From contig OY762897.2 in assembly GCA_963666515.2 (NCBI GenBank), positions 480,001 through 544,000 of the forward strand: a stretch of DNA of 64,000 nt, read 5' to 3'. The translations under genes were made by a program, and so were the position numbers. Positions 16,941 to 26,413 of this stretch are shown piece after piece. Under the pieces are notes generated by a model. That model searched no databases, was not told the DNA's origin, and saw only the letters and a list, made by a program, of their open reading frames with translations. Position 1 is the stretch's first letter. Each line of letters starts with the position of its first letter. The DNA is from Candidatus Binatia bacterium. GTDB taxonomy: Bacteria; Desulfobacterota; Binatia; UBA9968; JAJDTQ01.

Positions 16941-19184
16941 CTATCGCCGGTTCCTTTGCAGCCCACGGTATACCTTTTCCGCGGTTACCGGAATATCGTA
17001 GACCCGCACGCCGACGGCGTCGGCCACGGCGTTGGCGACGGCTGCCGGCGGGTTGTTGTTGGCGAACTCGCCGATGGCCTTGCCGCCGTAGGGAGCGAGC
17101 CCGCCGGTGGATTCCACCAGCACCGTCTCCAGGCGCGGGATGTCTTGGATGCCCGGCAGCTTGTAGTCGCCCAGGTTGGCGTTGGCCACCTTGCCGTTGT
17201 CCAGCGTGAGTTCCTCCATGACCGCCTGGCCCAGGCCCATGACGACGCCGCCGTCGATCTGGCCCTGGTGGGTGATGGGGTTGATGACAACGCCCACGTC
17301 GTGGGCCGTGACGATGCGCTCGACCCGGGTGGCGCCGGTCTCCGGATCCACCTCCACCTCCGCCACCTGCGCGCACACGTAGGTGGTCTCGTCGGGGTAG
17401 CGGAAGTCTTCTTCCACCGTGACGATGCGGTCGTCGGGATGCCGGGCCGCCACCTGCGCCAGGGTCACGCTCTGTCCCGGTTCCGCGCGTAGCGAGAACG
17501 TGCCTTCGGCGTAGGCCACGTCCGCGGGGTCGCATTCCAGCATGTGCGCGGCGTGGGCCGCGAGCCTGTCGCGCAGCTCGTTGCAGGCGCGCTCCAGCGC
17601 CAGGCCCGCGACGTAGGTCACGCGGCTGGCGCGGGCGCCTGTGTCGTAGGGCACGGTGTCGGTGTCGCCCGTGGCGACGCGCACCTGTTCCAGCGCCAAC
17701 TGCATCTGCTCGGCCACGAGCTGGCGCAGGATCGTGTGGGTGCCGGTGCCCTGGTCCACGGTGGGGCTCAGCACGGTCAGCGTCCCGTCGGTCTCGGCGG
17801 TGACGGCGATGCCGGTCTCGCCGCCGGAGATGTGCCGGCCGTAGATGGCCACGCCGCGGCCGCGGTTGGGGCCGGAACGGGGCGCGTGCCAGTCCGCGGC
17901 CTCCAGCGCCCGCGCCAGCACGGTGTGGACCTGCAGGCCGGGGAGGCGCTTGCCGATGGCGTCCTCCTCGTTGTCGCGCAACACGTTCTGAAGCCGGAAC
18001 TCGCCCGGGTCCATGCCCAGCTCCCGCGCGAGGAGGTCGGTGTGGGACTCCAGTGCGAAGAAGGTCGGGATGGATCCCGGACTCCGGTAATAACCTCCCG
18101 GCGTGGTGTTGGTGTAGACCTGCAGGAACTCGAACTCGGCGTTCTCCACCCGGTAGAGGCCGCCGACGTAGTGCCAGGTGGCGAACGACGCGCTGGCCTT
18201 GGGGCCGCCGTAGGCGCCGCCGGCGTGCCATGCCTTCAAGCGCCGCGCGACGATGCGGCCGTCCCGCGTGACGCCGCTACGAATGGTCATGACCGTGGCC
18301 TCGTCCGGGTTGCTGGCGGTCAGCTCTTCCGCGTAGGTCATGACGATCTTCACCGGCCGCCCGGATTCGCGCGCAAGGAAATAGGCCACGGGCAGGTCGC
18401 GCGCGTCGCCCTTGCCGCCGAACTCGCCGCCCACGTTCACCGAATGGACGCGGATGCGGGCGTGTTCCATGCCGAGGGTGTCGGCGAGCATGCGGCGGGT
18501 GCGGAAGGGGTCCTTGGTGGAGGCCCACACCTGCACGCGGCCGTCGGCATCGATGGAGAGCAGCCCGGCATGGGGCTCCAGGTAGCCCTGGTGGCGCCCG
18601 GGTATGCGGAAGGTGTGCTCCAGCACCACGTCGGCGTCGCGGAACCCTTGCTCCACGTCGCCCTTGCTCCAGCTCAGCCGGGTGAGCCCGTTGCGCACGT
18701 CGGTGGCCAGGCGTTCGTGAGGGGCGCCGTCGTAGCCGGCGACGTCGTCGTGGAGCAGCGGCGCGTCGGGCGCGGTGGCGGCCACCGGATCGAACACCGC
18801 GGGAAGCACTTCGTAGTCTACCTCGATGAGGCCCAGGGCCGCCTCCGCTTCCTCGGGCGTGTCCGCCGCCACCGCTGCCACGCGGTCGCCGACGTAGCGT
18901 ACCTTGTCCCAGCACAGCGCCGGCAGGTCCCGGATCTGCTTGCCCATGTAGTGGTTCGGGACGTCCAGCCCCGTGACCACGGCCCGGACCCCGTGCGCGG
19001 ACCGTGCGCGGCCGGCATCGATGGAGCGGATGCGCGCGTGCGGATGCGGGCTCCGCAGGATCTTGCCCCAGAGCATCCCCGGAAGCGGCACGTCCGCGGC
19101 GTAGCGGGTGCGCCCGGTGACCTTGTCGGGCCCTTCGGCGCGCAGCACCGCGGTGCCGACGATTTTCGTATCCGGCATCTCCAC
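16941..19184 (-). CDS. Xanthine dehydrogenase family molybdopterin-binding subunit (orphan)
   Basis: DKVTGRTRY, LRSPHPHARI, GGEFGGK, YYRSPG, GQIDGG, KAIGE. Confidence 0.92.
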   Translation of the reverse strand: MEMPDTKIVGTAVLRAEGPDKVTGRTRYAADVPLPGMLWGKILRSPHPHARIRSIDAGRARSAHGVRAVVTGLDVPNHYMGKQIRDLPALCWDKVRYVGDRVAAVAADTPEEAEAALGLIEVDYEVLPAVFDPVAATAPDAPLLHDDVAGYDGAPHERLATDVRNGLTRLSWSKGDVEQGFRDADVVLEHTFRIPGRHQGYLEPHAGLLSIDADGRVQVWASTKDPFRTRRMLADTLGMEHARIRVHSVNVGGEFGGKGDARDLPVAYFLARESGRPVKIVMTYAEELTASNPDEATVMTIRSGVTRDGRIVARRLKAWHAGGAYGGPKASASFATWHYVGGLYRVENAEFEFLQVYTNTTPGGYYRSPGSIPTFFALESHTDLLARELGMDPGEFRLQNVLRDNEEDAIGKRLPGLQVHTVLARALEAADWHAPRSGPNRGRGVAIYGRHISGGETGIAVTAETDGTLTVLSPTVDQGTGTHTILRQLVAEQMQLALEQVRVATGDTDTVPYDTGARASRVTYVAGLALERACNELRDRLAAHAAHMLECDPADVAYAEGTFSLRAEPGQSVTLAQVAARHPDDRIVTVEEDFRYPDETTYVCAQVAEVEVDPETGATRVERIVTAHDVGVVINPITHQGQIDGGVVMGLGQAVMEELTLDNGKVANANLGDYKLPGIQDIPRLETVLVESTGGLAPYGGKAIGEFANNNPPAAVANAVADAVGVRVYDIPVTAEKVYRGLQRNRR

Positions 19185-19241
19185 TTCCTCAGGAAAGTCC
19201 GGGCTGGGCAGGTAGCACGGGTTTCGATAGCCGGTGCGGCG

Positions 19242-20981
19242 TCACGATTCCGGCATGAGCGAACGCCGGCCGAACCACCAGAAGATCAGGATGAGCGGCG
19301 TCAGCACGCCGGTCATGACCAGCGTGACCGCGGCGGCCAAGCTGGTGGCGCTGGAGTTCCAGTAGCTCCAGATCACCGCGGGGAGCGTGATGTTGTCGTG
19401 GCTGATGAGGAACGCCGCCACGGTCAGCTCCCGGTACACCAGGATGGCGGACCAGATCCATACCGACATGATGGTGGGGCGCAGCAGCGGCACGAGGATA
19501 CGCCAGGAAGTCCGCACCGGGGACAGGCCCGAGGTGTAGGCCGCTTCCTCCAGTTCCTTGTGGATCTGGAGCAGCGAGCTGTTGAGGGCGCGGGTGGCAA
19601 AGGCCAGCCGCGACACCACGTAGACGATGGCGATGAGCCACACCGTGCCGTAGAGCGGCAGGAAGCCCTTGAGCACGAACAGCGACAGCAGCAGCGCGGC
19701 GATGGCCAGGATCACCTCCGGCAGGGCGTGGGGCAGGAACGCGCCGAACTCCAGAACATAGCGGTAGCGGCTGCCGGAACGCACGATGAGCCAAGACATG
19801 GCGAAGGCGACCACCAGGGTCACGGTCGGCACCAGCGCCACCAGCAGCACGGTGTTGGTGAGCCCCCGGTAGACCAGATCCCAGTCGACCCGCTCGAAGG
19901 CGATAAAGGACATGCGGCTCAGCATTTCCCAGGAGGGCGGCGCCACGTACGGGGTCAGCGCGACATAGGCGATGAGCAGCAGCGGCAGCAGCTTGGAGGC
20001 GACGACGTAGAGGCCGATGAAGGCCCAGCCCACCCAGCCCCAACGGCCCAGGTCCACCAGCGTGGGGCGGTAGCCCTTGCCGGTGACGACCTCGTAGCGA
20101 TGCCCCTGGCGCAGCACCGAGCTGTACCACCAGGTCAGCAGCACGGCCACGCCGATCATCAGCACGCCCAGCGCCGCGGTGACCCCGTGTTCCGGGAACT
20201 CGTCGTCGCCGGGGTTCGTCTTGAGGTAGACGAAGGTGCTGAGCATGTAGACGCGGTTGCCGAGGCCGATGATCGCCGGGATGTCGAAGGTGGCGATGGC
20301 GATGGTGGCGATGTAGATGACCGCGGCCAGGATGGCGGGGAAGGCCAGCGGCAAGGTCACCCGGCGCAGGGTGGCGAAGAAGCTCATGCCGTGGATCTTG
20401 GCGGCCTCCTCCAGCGACGGGTTCATGGCGCGGAACATCTGCGCCGTGAGGATGAACGCCAGCGCCGCGAGACTGAGTCCCTGCACGAACCCCATGCCCG
20501 TCGGCGTGGCGATGTTGAAGGGTCCCTGCTCGAGGCCGAACGTGCCCACCAGCCAGCGGTTGACGAAGCCCATGCGCTGGTGCGCCATGAAGGTCCACCC
20601 CATGGCGGTGTAGATGCCGGGAATCAGCAGCCCGAGGGTCATGGTGGCGTACACCAGACCCTTGCCGGGTAGGGTGGTGCGCTCGGTGAGCCAGGCGATG
20701 GGCAGCCCGATGACCAGCGCCACCAGCGTGGTGACGATGGTGAAAATCAGGGTGTTGAGAGTGACCCGGGCGACGAAGGCGTCGCCCAGCAGTTCGGCGT
20801 AGTTGTCAAGGCTGTAGTTGGCCTCGAAGCTGCCCAGGATGCCGGTCTGGAAGCTGATCCACACCAGCACGGCCACCAGCACGAAGATCACCACCAACGG
20901 GATGCTGGCGAGCCCCGTGAGAAGCGGGGACGCTTTGGGCCGGAGGGCGCGAAGCCGCGGCCAGCCTAAGACGTGTTCCAT
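19242..20981 (-). CDS. ABC transporter permease (FbpB-like, two BPD domains)
   Basis: Two EAA loops (LEEAAKIHG, LEEAAYTSG). Confidence 0.9.
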   Translation of the reverse strand: MEHVLGWPRLRALRPKASPLLTGLASIPLVVIFVLVAVLVWISFQTGILGSFEANYSLDNYAELLGDAFVARVTLNTLIFTIVTTLVALVIGLPIAWLTERTTLPGKGLVYATMTLGLLIPGIYTAMGWTFMAHQRMGFVNRWLVGTFGLEQGPFNIATPTGMGFVQGLSLAALAFILTAQMFRAMNPSLEEAAKIHGMSFFATLRRVTLPLAFPAILAAVIYIATIAIATFDIPAIIGLGNRVYMLSTFVYLKTNPGDDEFPEHGVTAALGVLMIGVAVLLTWWYSSVLRQGHRYEVVTGKGYRPTLVDLGRWGWVGWAFIGLYVVASKLLPLLLIAYVALTPYVAPPSWEMLSRMSFIAFERVDWDLVYRGLTNTVLLVALVPTVTLVVAFAMSWLIVRSGSRYRYVLEFGAFLPHALPEVILAIAALLLSLFVLKGFLPLYGTVWLIAIVYVVSRLAFATRALNSSLLQIHKELEEAAYTSGLSPVRTSWRILVPLLRPTIMSVWIWSAILVYRELTVAAFLISHDNITLPAVIWSYWNSSATSLAAAVTLVMTGVLTPLILIFWWFGRRSLMPES

Positions 20982-20988
20982 GGGGGCT

Positions 20989-21013
20989 GCGGGCGGGCCG
21001 CCGGCCCGCCCGC
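20989..21013. terminator. GC-rich 11-bp hairpin between binding-protein and permease genes (stabiliser or attenuator)
   Basis: GCGGGCGGGCC-GCC-GGCCCGCCCGC; no U-tract. Confidence 0.5.
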
Positions 21014-21026
21014 GTCCTCTGCGCCG

Positions 21027-22145
21027 CTAGTTGGTCTTGCCTTCCGCCAGGATCTTCTCGAGCTCCTTGCGGGTCTTGCGATACGTGGTCTGGCTCCCCA
21101 GCCATTGCGGTGAGTTCACGACCACCTTGGCGCCTTGGGCCTTGGCCGCATCCAGCGTCTTGCGCTGGTGGGACTCCTTATAGAGGTGGAAGTCCAGGCC
21201 GTTCCTTTCCCACATCCACTTCTGGCCTTCCGGCGTGTGCAGGTACGCCACGAAGAGGGCGGCAGCGGCGGGAGACTGCGAATGCACCGGCACGGAGCCG
21301 TAGCGCGTGTGGGAGACCACCGCCTCCTTCACCACCGCGTAACCCAGCGGGACTCCTTCTTTCGCGTACCGGTTGACGTACTGGTCACCGCAACTGAACA
21401 CCAGCATGGCGAACTCGCCGCTGGTGAGCTTGTCGACCGAGCCGCACCGGATCAGCCCGCCGATCTGCTTGGCGAGCTTCTTCGTGTAATCCACCATGAC
21501 TTCCTTGCCCAGGAGATCGTCCATGGCGAACTCACGCACGCCCGCGGCATAAGGGGTGGAAGCGATCTTGCCCTTCCACTTGGGAGCGAGGACGTCGTGC
21601 ATGCTCTTGGGGATGTCGTCGCCCTTCACCACGTCGGAGTTGAACATGATGCCCACGAGCGTCGAGGCGGAGGCAAGCGCGATGCCCTTGGGGCCCACGG
21701 GATCGAAACCGGGCTCGGGGTCCAGCATCGGCCGGCCGAGGTACGCCTTCCAGGGCAGCGAGCGCGTCAGCCCCACCTTGCTGGCCTGCAGCACGCCTCC
21801 GGAGTTGCCCCAAACGACGTCCGTGCTGGCGGGCTGTCCGGCCTTCATCTCACGGGTCAGACTGCCGATCATGCGGGTCATGGACGGGCCCGGGGTGAAC
21901 TTCGGCTTGAGGTTGGTGCCGTACATCTTGTTCATGGCGGCGACGACCTCCGAGAAGCCCTTGCCGCCGCTCAGGCTGGACGACGACCACATGGCCCTGA
22001 TGGTCGTCTCTTTCTTGGCGGCCTCCACCAGCTCCTTCAGGTTCTTGGGAGCGTCGGCCGCGTAGGCCCCGGCGACCAGGAACAGCGAACAGAGAGCCGA
22101 ACATAGGGCGATGGCCCACCTTCGGTTGCGTTTGAGATCGAGCAT
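21027..22145 (-). CDS. ABC transporter substrate-binding protein (AfuA/FbpA-like)
   Basis: Signal peptide ending AYA-A, DVLAPKWKGKI, AALFVAYLHTPEGQ; SD AGGAGG before ATG 22145. Confidence 0.88.
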   Translation of the reverse strand: MLDLKRNRRWAIALCSALCSLFLVAGAYAADAPKNLKELVEAAKKETTIRAMWSSSSLSGGKGFSEVVAAMNKMYGTNLKPKFTPGPSMTRMIGSLTREMKAGQPASTDVVWGNSGGVLQASKVGLTRSLPWKAYLGRPMLDPEPGFDPVGPKGIALASASTLVGIMFNSDVVKGDDIPKSMHDVLAPKWKGKIASTPYAAGVREFAMDDLLGKEVMVDYTKKLAKQIGGLIRCGSVDKLTSGEFAMLVFSCGDQYVNRYAKEGVPLGYAVVKEAVVSHTRYGSVPVHSQSPAAAALFVAYLHTPEGQKWMWERNGLDFHLYKESHQRKTLDAAKAQGAKVVVNSPQWLGSQTTYRKTRKELEKILAEGKTN

Positions 22146-22328
22146 CAGCCTCCTCCTTTTGGGTGTTGGGTTTCTGACACGGACTCCCTTGTACCAGTTT
22201 TCCGGGCTAGTGCAAACCACGGGTGCAGGAGGACTCCGGGGTCTCCATTACCCGTCTTGGAAGCTGGCCAATGGCGGCGCGGCACTGGATCACGTCATGA
22301 GGGGTTCAAATGGCACCTGCGGTGTTTC

Positions 22329-22373
22329 GTCAAAACATAACTTGTCAAAATATGACTTGTCAAAACATGACTT
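22329..22373. repeat. Three tandem 15-bp units, each GTCA-N5-TRAC (putative operator array)
   Basis: GTCAAAACATAACTT / GTCAAAATATGACTT / GTCAAAACATGACTT. Confidence 0.85.
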
Positions 22374-22406
22374 GACTATTTTACCGGACGCGGATACGCT
22401 GTGTTC
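22372..22406 (+). promoter_or_regulatory. Sigma70-like promoter, probably leaderless
   Basis: TTGACT-N17-TACGCT-N6-ATG (22407); no SD. Confidence 0.65.
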
Positions 22407-23822
22407 ATGGCCGGTTTCATCGGGCGCGCCGCGGAGTTGGGCCTCTTGGAAAAAGCTTTCCTGTCGAAGCGTTCCGAGTTCATCCCGATCTATGGCCGGC
22501 GCCGGGTAGGCAAGAGCGAGCTTATCCTGAAATTCATGGCGGCAAAGCCGGGTGTGTATTACCTTGGGCAGCAGGCGCCGGCCGCACTACAGGTCCGAGG
22601 GTTCCTGGAGGAGGCCGCAACCGCGCTCCGAATGCCGCTGCTAGCCGAGCTCCGGGCGGCCGATTGGCGGGGGGCGCTGCTCACGGTGGTCGAGCAGTGG
22701 ACCGCGGCGCACCCCGGCGCCAAGTTGGTGCTGGCATTGGACGAGTTCCAGTGGATCGCGGCTTCGAGCCCGGACATTCTCGGGACCCTGCAAGAGTGCT
22801 GGGATCGACACTGGAAACGCGCCGGCAACGTCGTGCTGGTGCTGTGCGGCTCTTACCTGGGCTTCATGGAACGGGAAGTGCTCGGTCATGCCAGCCCATT
22901 GTTCGGGCGCCGCACGGCACAGCTCCACCTGCAGCCTTTCGACTACCGGGAAGCTGCCAGGTTCCATCCACGCTGGTCGCTCCCGGACCGTGCCCGGGCG
23001 TACTTTCTCGTCGGCGGACTGCCGCAGTATCTCCTCTGTCTCGACGAATCCGCATCCGTCGCCCAAAACATTCGCCGGAATCTTCTGGACGAGTTTGCTC
23101 CGCTGTTCCATGAACCCACTTTCCTGTTGCGCGAGGAGCTTCGTGAAGTCGCTCCGTACCATGCCATCCTGTTCGCGGTCGCGTCCGGGCACGGCAACGC
23201 CCGCGACATTGCCGCGGCGACGGCGTTGCCGGAACGCAACCTCTACTACTATCTCCAGCAATTGGTGGACTTGGGCTACCTGCGGCGGCGCTACCCGCTG
23301 GATCGCCGCCGGCCGAACGCGAAGCAGGTGCGCTTCGCCATGGACGATCCGCTGCTTCGGTTCTGGTTCCGGTTCGTGTTTCCCAACATGAGCGTCATTC
23401 GCGGCGCCGGCCCGGCCCGCGCTTTCGAGGACCGCATCGCGCCGGCCCTCGATGCCTGGTTCGGGAGTTGCTTCGAGGGCCTCTGCCGGGAGGCGCTACC
23501 GCTCATCTACGCGGCCGAAGGGGTGTCGGCCGGCTTCGAAGTGGGCGAGTACTGGGGTGCCAACGTGCAGATCGACGTCGTGGGCATGCGCGACGACAAC
23601 TGGACCGATCTCGGCGAGTGCAAGTGGGGCTCGGTGAACTCGTCAAGAAGGCTAGAAGCCGAGTTGGAACGGAAGGTCGCGCTCTACCCCAACAGCCGGG
23701 GCGCAAGCCTGGGACGCCGCTACTTCGTCCGACGCAAGCCCGCCGGAAAGGACGGGGCACGCGGCTGGTATTCGTTGGAGGATCTGTATGCGCTCGATGG
23801 CCCGCCGGCTCATCGCCGGTGA
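22407..23822 (+). CDS. Archaeal-type ATPase (ATPase_2) with wHTH and DUF234/PD-(D/E)xK-like C-terminus
   Basis: FIGRAAEL, GRRRVGKS, LDEFQ, DPLLRFWFRFV, QIDVVG...GECKW. Confidence 0.88.
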   Translation: MAGFIGRAAELGLLEKAFLSKRSEFIPIYGRRRVGKSELILKFMAAKPGVYYLGQQAPAALQVRGFLEEAATALRMPLLAELRAADWRGALLTVVEQWTAAHPGAKLVLALDEFQWIAASSPDILGTLQECWDRHWKRAGNVVLVLCGSYLGFMEREVLGHASPLFGRRTAQLHLQPFDYREAARFHPRWSLPDRARAYFLVGGLPQYLLCLDESASVAQNIRRNLLDEFAPLFHEPTFLLREELREVAPYHAILFAVASGHGNARDIAAATALPERNLYYYLQQLVDLGYLRRRYPLDRRRPNAKQVRFAMDDPLLRFWFRFVFPNMSVIRGAGPARAFEDRIAPALDAWFGSCFEGLCREALPLIYAAEGVSAGFEVGEYWGANVQIDVVGMRDDNWTDLGECKWGSVNSSRRLEAELERKVALYPNSRGASLGRRYFVRRKPAGKDGARGWYSLEDLYALDGPPAHRR

Positions 23823-23833
23823 CCACGATTCGG

Positions 23834-24949
23834 CTAGCCCTGCTTGCCGACGGAATTGACGAACGCCGTGTTCTTCTCGTCGGCCGCAAACACCATGACG
23901 TCCTCGGGCGCCACGCGCAGCCGCAACGTATCCCCGCGGGCCGTCGGGACGGCGCGGCTCTTGCCGGTGAGAAGGATGTCGCCCGCGGTCGCGTCGTAGA
24001 CGAACTGGTCGCCCAGGAACACGCTGGAGGTCAGGCGCGCCTCGAAGGTGTTTTCGCCTTTCTCGTCAGAGGGCTCGGCGTACTGGATGCACTCCGGCCT
24101 GAAACCAACGAACACATCCTCACTCGGTTCGGTGCCGCCGGACGGGCGGAATCGGCCGATCCTGGTCTCTACCAGGTTGCCCTCCACGCGCCGGCCGGGG
24201 AGCCAGTTGACCGAGCCGAAGAACTCGGCCACCTCGGTGCAGTTGGGGCTGCGGTAGAGGTCCATGGGGCTTCCGTATTGCAGCAGCTCGCCCAGGCTCA
24301 TGAGGGCGATCTTGTCGGCCATGGCCATGGCCTCGATCTGGTCGTGGGTGACGTACAATACGGTGGCGCCGAGCTGCTTGGCCAGATCGCGGATGCGCCC
24401 GCGCACGTCCTCGCGCAGGCGCGCGTCGAGGTTGCTCAGGGGCTCGTCCATGAGCAGCACCTTGGGGTTCACGGCGATGGCGCGGGCCAGCGCCACCCGC
24501 TGCTGCTGGCCGCCGCTCAAGAGCGTGGACGGGCGCTCGATCTGCTCGTCGAGCTGCACCATGTGGAGCGCGTTCCGCACCCGGTCGTTGACCTGCTGGC
24601 GGGGAATCTTCTGGGCGCCCTCGCGCAAGGGCAGGGCGACGTTGTCGAACACCGTCAGGTGCGGCCACACGGCGTAGGACTGGAACACCATGCCGAAGTT
24701 CCGGTCCTGGGGCGGCACCCACACCGGCGGGTCGTCGCCGAACACGGTGCGGTCGGCAATGCGGACCTCGCCGCTGTTGGGGGTCTCGAGTCCCGCCACG
24801 CAGCGCAGCAGCGTGGTCTTGCCCGAGCCGCTGGCGCCGACGATGACGAAGAACTCGCCTTCCTCCACGTCGAGGTCGAGCTTCTTGAGCGCCGCGACCT
24901 TGCCGTCGGTGACGATGAACTCCTTGCGCAGTGCCCTGATCGTGATCAT
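23834..24949 (-). CDS. ABC transporter ATP-binding protein (FbpC/PotA-like, TOBE)
   Basis: GASGSGKT, LSGGQQQR, LLMDEP, VTHD. Confidence 0.93.
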   Translation of the reverse strand: MITIRALRKEFIVTDGKVAALKKLDLDVEEGEFFVIVGASGSGKTTLLRCVAGLETPNSGEVRIADRTVFGDDPPVWVPPQDRNFGMVFQSYAVWPHLTVFDNVALPLREGAQKIPRQQVNDRVRNALHMVQLDEQIERPSTLLSGGQQQRVALARAIAVNPKVLLMDEPLSNLDARLREDVRGRIRDLAKQLGATVLYVTHDQIEAMAMADKIALMSLGELLQYGSPMDLYRSPNCTEVAEFFGSVNWLPGRRVEGNLVETRIGRFRPSGGTEPSEDVFVGFRPECIQYAEPSDEKGENTFEARLTSSVFLGDQFVYDATAGDILLTGKSRAVPTARGDTLRLRVAPEDVMVFAADEKNTAFVNSVGKQG

Positions 24950-25066
24950 GCGCCTTGTCCCTACCGCCGTGGGGCAGTGGTGTCAACTGGTAGACTCCCC
25001 ATGTGCCTTTTGGTAATTAGACTGGATTCCCGCCCCCGATCAGGGGCGGTAAACGGGAGACCAACA

Positions 25067-26413
25067 TTGCATCAAGACCTGAGAGAATTCCTTGACGTGC
25101 TGGAACGCGAGGGCCAGTTGCTGGAGGTGAACCGGGAGGTGGACACGCGCTTCGAGGTCGCCGCCGGCATCCGCAAGAGTTCGGACGTGGGCGGTCCGGC
25201 GCTGTTGTTCAACAACGTCAAGGACCATCCCGACTGGCGCGTGCTGGGGGCGCTTTACGCCACCCGGCGGTTGGTGGCGCTGGGGCTGGGGGTCACCGAG
25301 GACAAGCTGCTGGAGCGCTACCTGACGCTGGAGGACCAGCGCATCCCCTCCGAGATGGTGTCCACCGGTCCGGTCAAGGAGGTGCGCTGGACCGGCGACG
25401 ACATCGACCTGGAAAAGCTTCCCATCTGCGTCCATTCGGAGAAGGACTGCGGCGCTTACGTCACCATCGGCGTCCAGATCGGCAAGGATCCGGACACGCG
25501 CATTCCCAACGTCTCCATCCACCGCATGTTGCGGCTGGGCAAGGACCGGCTGTCCCTGTGGGCGCCGCCGGACCACCACCTGGGGCGCATGATCCTCAAG
25601 GCCGAGGACCGGGGCGAGGGGCTGGAGGTGGCCACGGCCATCGGCGTGGACCCCGCCATCATCATCGGCTCCCAGTCCCGGGTTCCCTACGGCGTGGACG
25701 AGTTCGCGGTGGCGGGCGGCCTGCGCGGCGCGCCGGTGCAGTTAACCAGGTGCGACACCATCGACGTGGACGTTCCGGCCCACGCCGAAGTGGTGATCGA
25801 GGGCGTGACCGTCCCCGGCGAGCGGGTGTCGGACGGCCCCTACGGCGAGTACCCCGGCACCTACAGCGAGAGCAAGCAGGCACCGGTGGTCCAGGTCACC
25901 GCCATCACCATGCGTCGCAACCCCATCTACGAGACCTGCCTCACGGGCATGCCGGTGACCGAGAACCATACCCTCATCGAATGCGCCAACGCGGCGCTGG
26001 TCTACCGCACGGTGTCCGCCATCACCCCGGAGGTCAAGGACTTCAGCGTCAGCGCCGGCGGCACCTTCCGGCACCACGCCGTGGTGTCCATGCGCAAGCG
26101 CCACGACGCCGAGGCGCGCAACGTCATCCTGGCGCTGCTGGCCACCGGCGCGGGCTTCAAGCGCGTGGTGGTGGTGGACGAGGACATCAACGTGCACGAC
26201 CCGGTGGACGTGGAGTGGGCGGTGAACACGCGGGTCCAGCCCGACAAGGACGTCATCATCGTCCCGAACCTGGCCATGTCCACCCTGGACCCCTCGGCCC
26301 CGGCGCCGCGCACCACCGCGGTGTGGGGCATCGACGCCACCATGCCGCTCAAGGACAACGAGTACTACCGGAAGGTCCAGGTGCCCGGCGTGGACAAGGT
26401 GGATTACATTTGA
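25067..26413 (+). CDS. UbiD-family (prFMN-dependent) decarboxylase
   Basis: TTG start after GGGAGA; DLREFL, NVSIHRM, AEVVIEG, DGPYGEYPG, VVVDEDI, GIDAT. Confidence 0.9.
   Translation: MHQDLREFLDVLEREGQLLEVNREVDTRFEVAAGIRKSSDVGGPALLFNNVKDHPDWRVLGALYATRRLVALGLGVTEDKLLERYLTLEDQRIPSEMVSTGPVKEVRWTGDDIDLEKLPICVHSEKDCGAYVTIGVQIGKDPDTRIPNVSIHRMLRLGKDRLSLWAPPDHHLGRMILKAEDRGEGLEVATAIGVDPAIIIGSQSRVPYGVDEFAVAGGLRGAPVQLTRCDTIDVDVPAHAEVVIEGVTVPGERVSDGPYGEYPGTYSESKQAPVVQVTAITMRRNPIYETCLTGMPVTENHTLIECANAALVYRTVSAITPEVKDFSVSAGGTFRHHAVVSMRKRHDAEARNVILALLATGAGFKRVVVVDEDINVHDPVDVEWAVNTRVQPDKDVIIVPNLAMSTLDPSAPAPRTTAVWGIDATMPLKDNEYYRKVQVPGVDKVDYI

Noticed and set aside
17544-20672. 1042-aa plus-strand ORF, and similar long ORFs at 47788..50256, 50731..54069 and 60809..63367
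   Set aside because: Antisense shadows of well-supported genes, expected in high-GC DNA; no motifs.
22329-22373. CRISPR or iteron origin
   Set aside because: Three contiguous 15-bp units with no spacers and no rep gene; better explained as an operator over a promoter.
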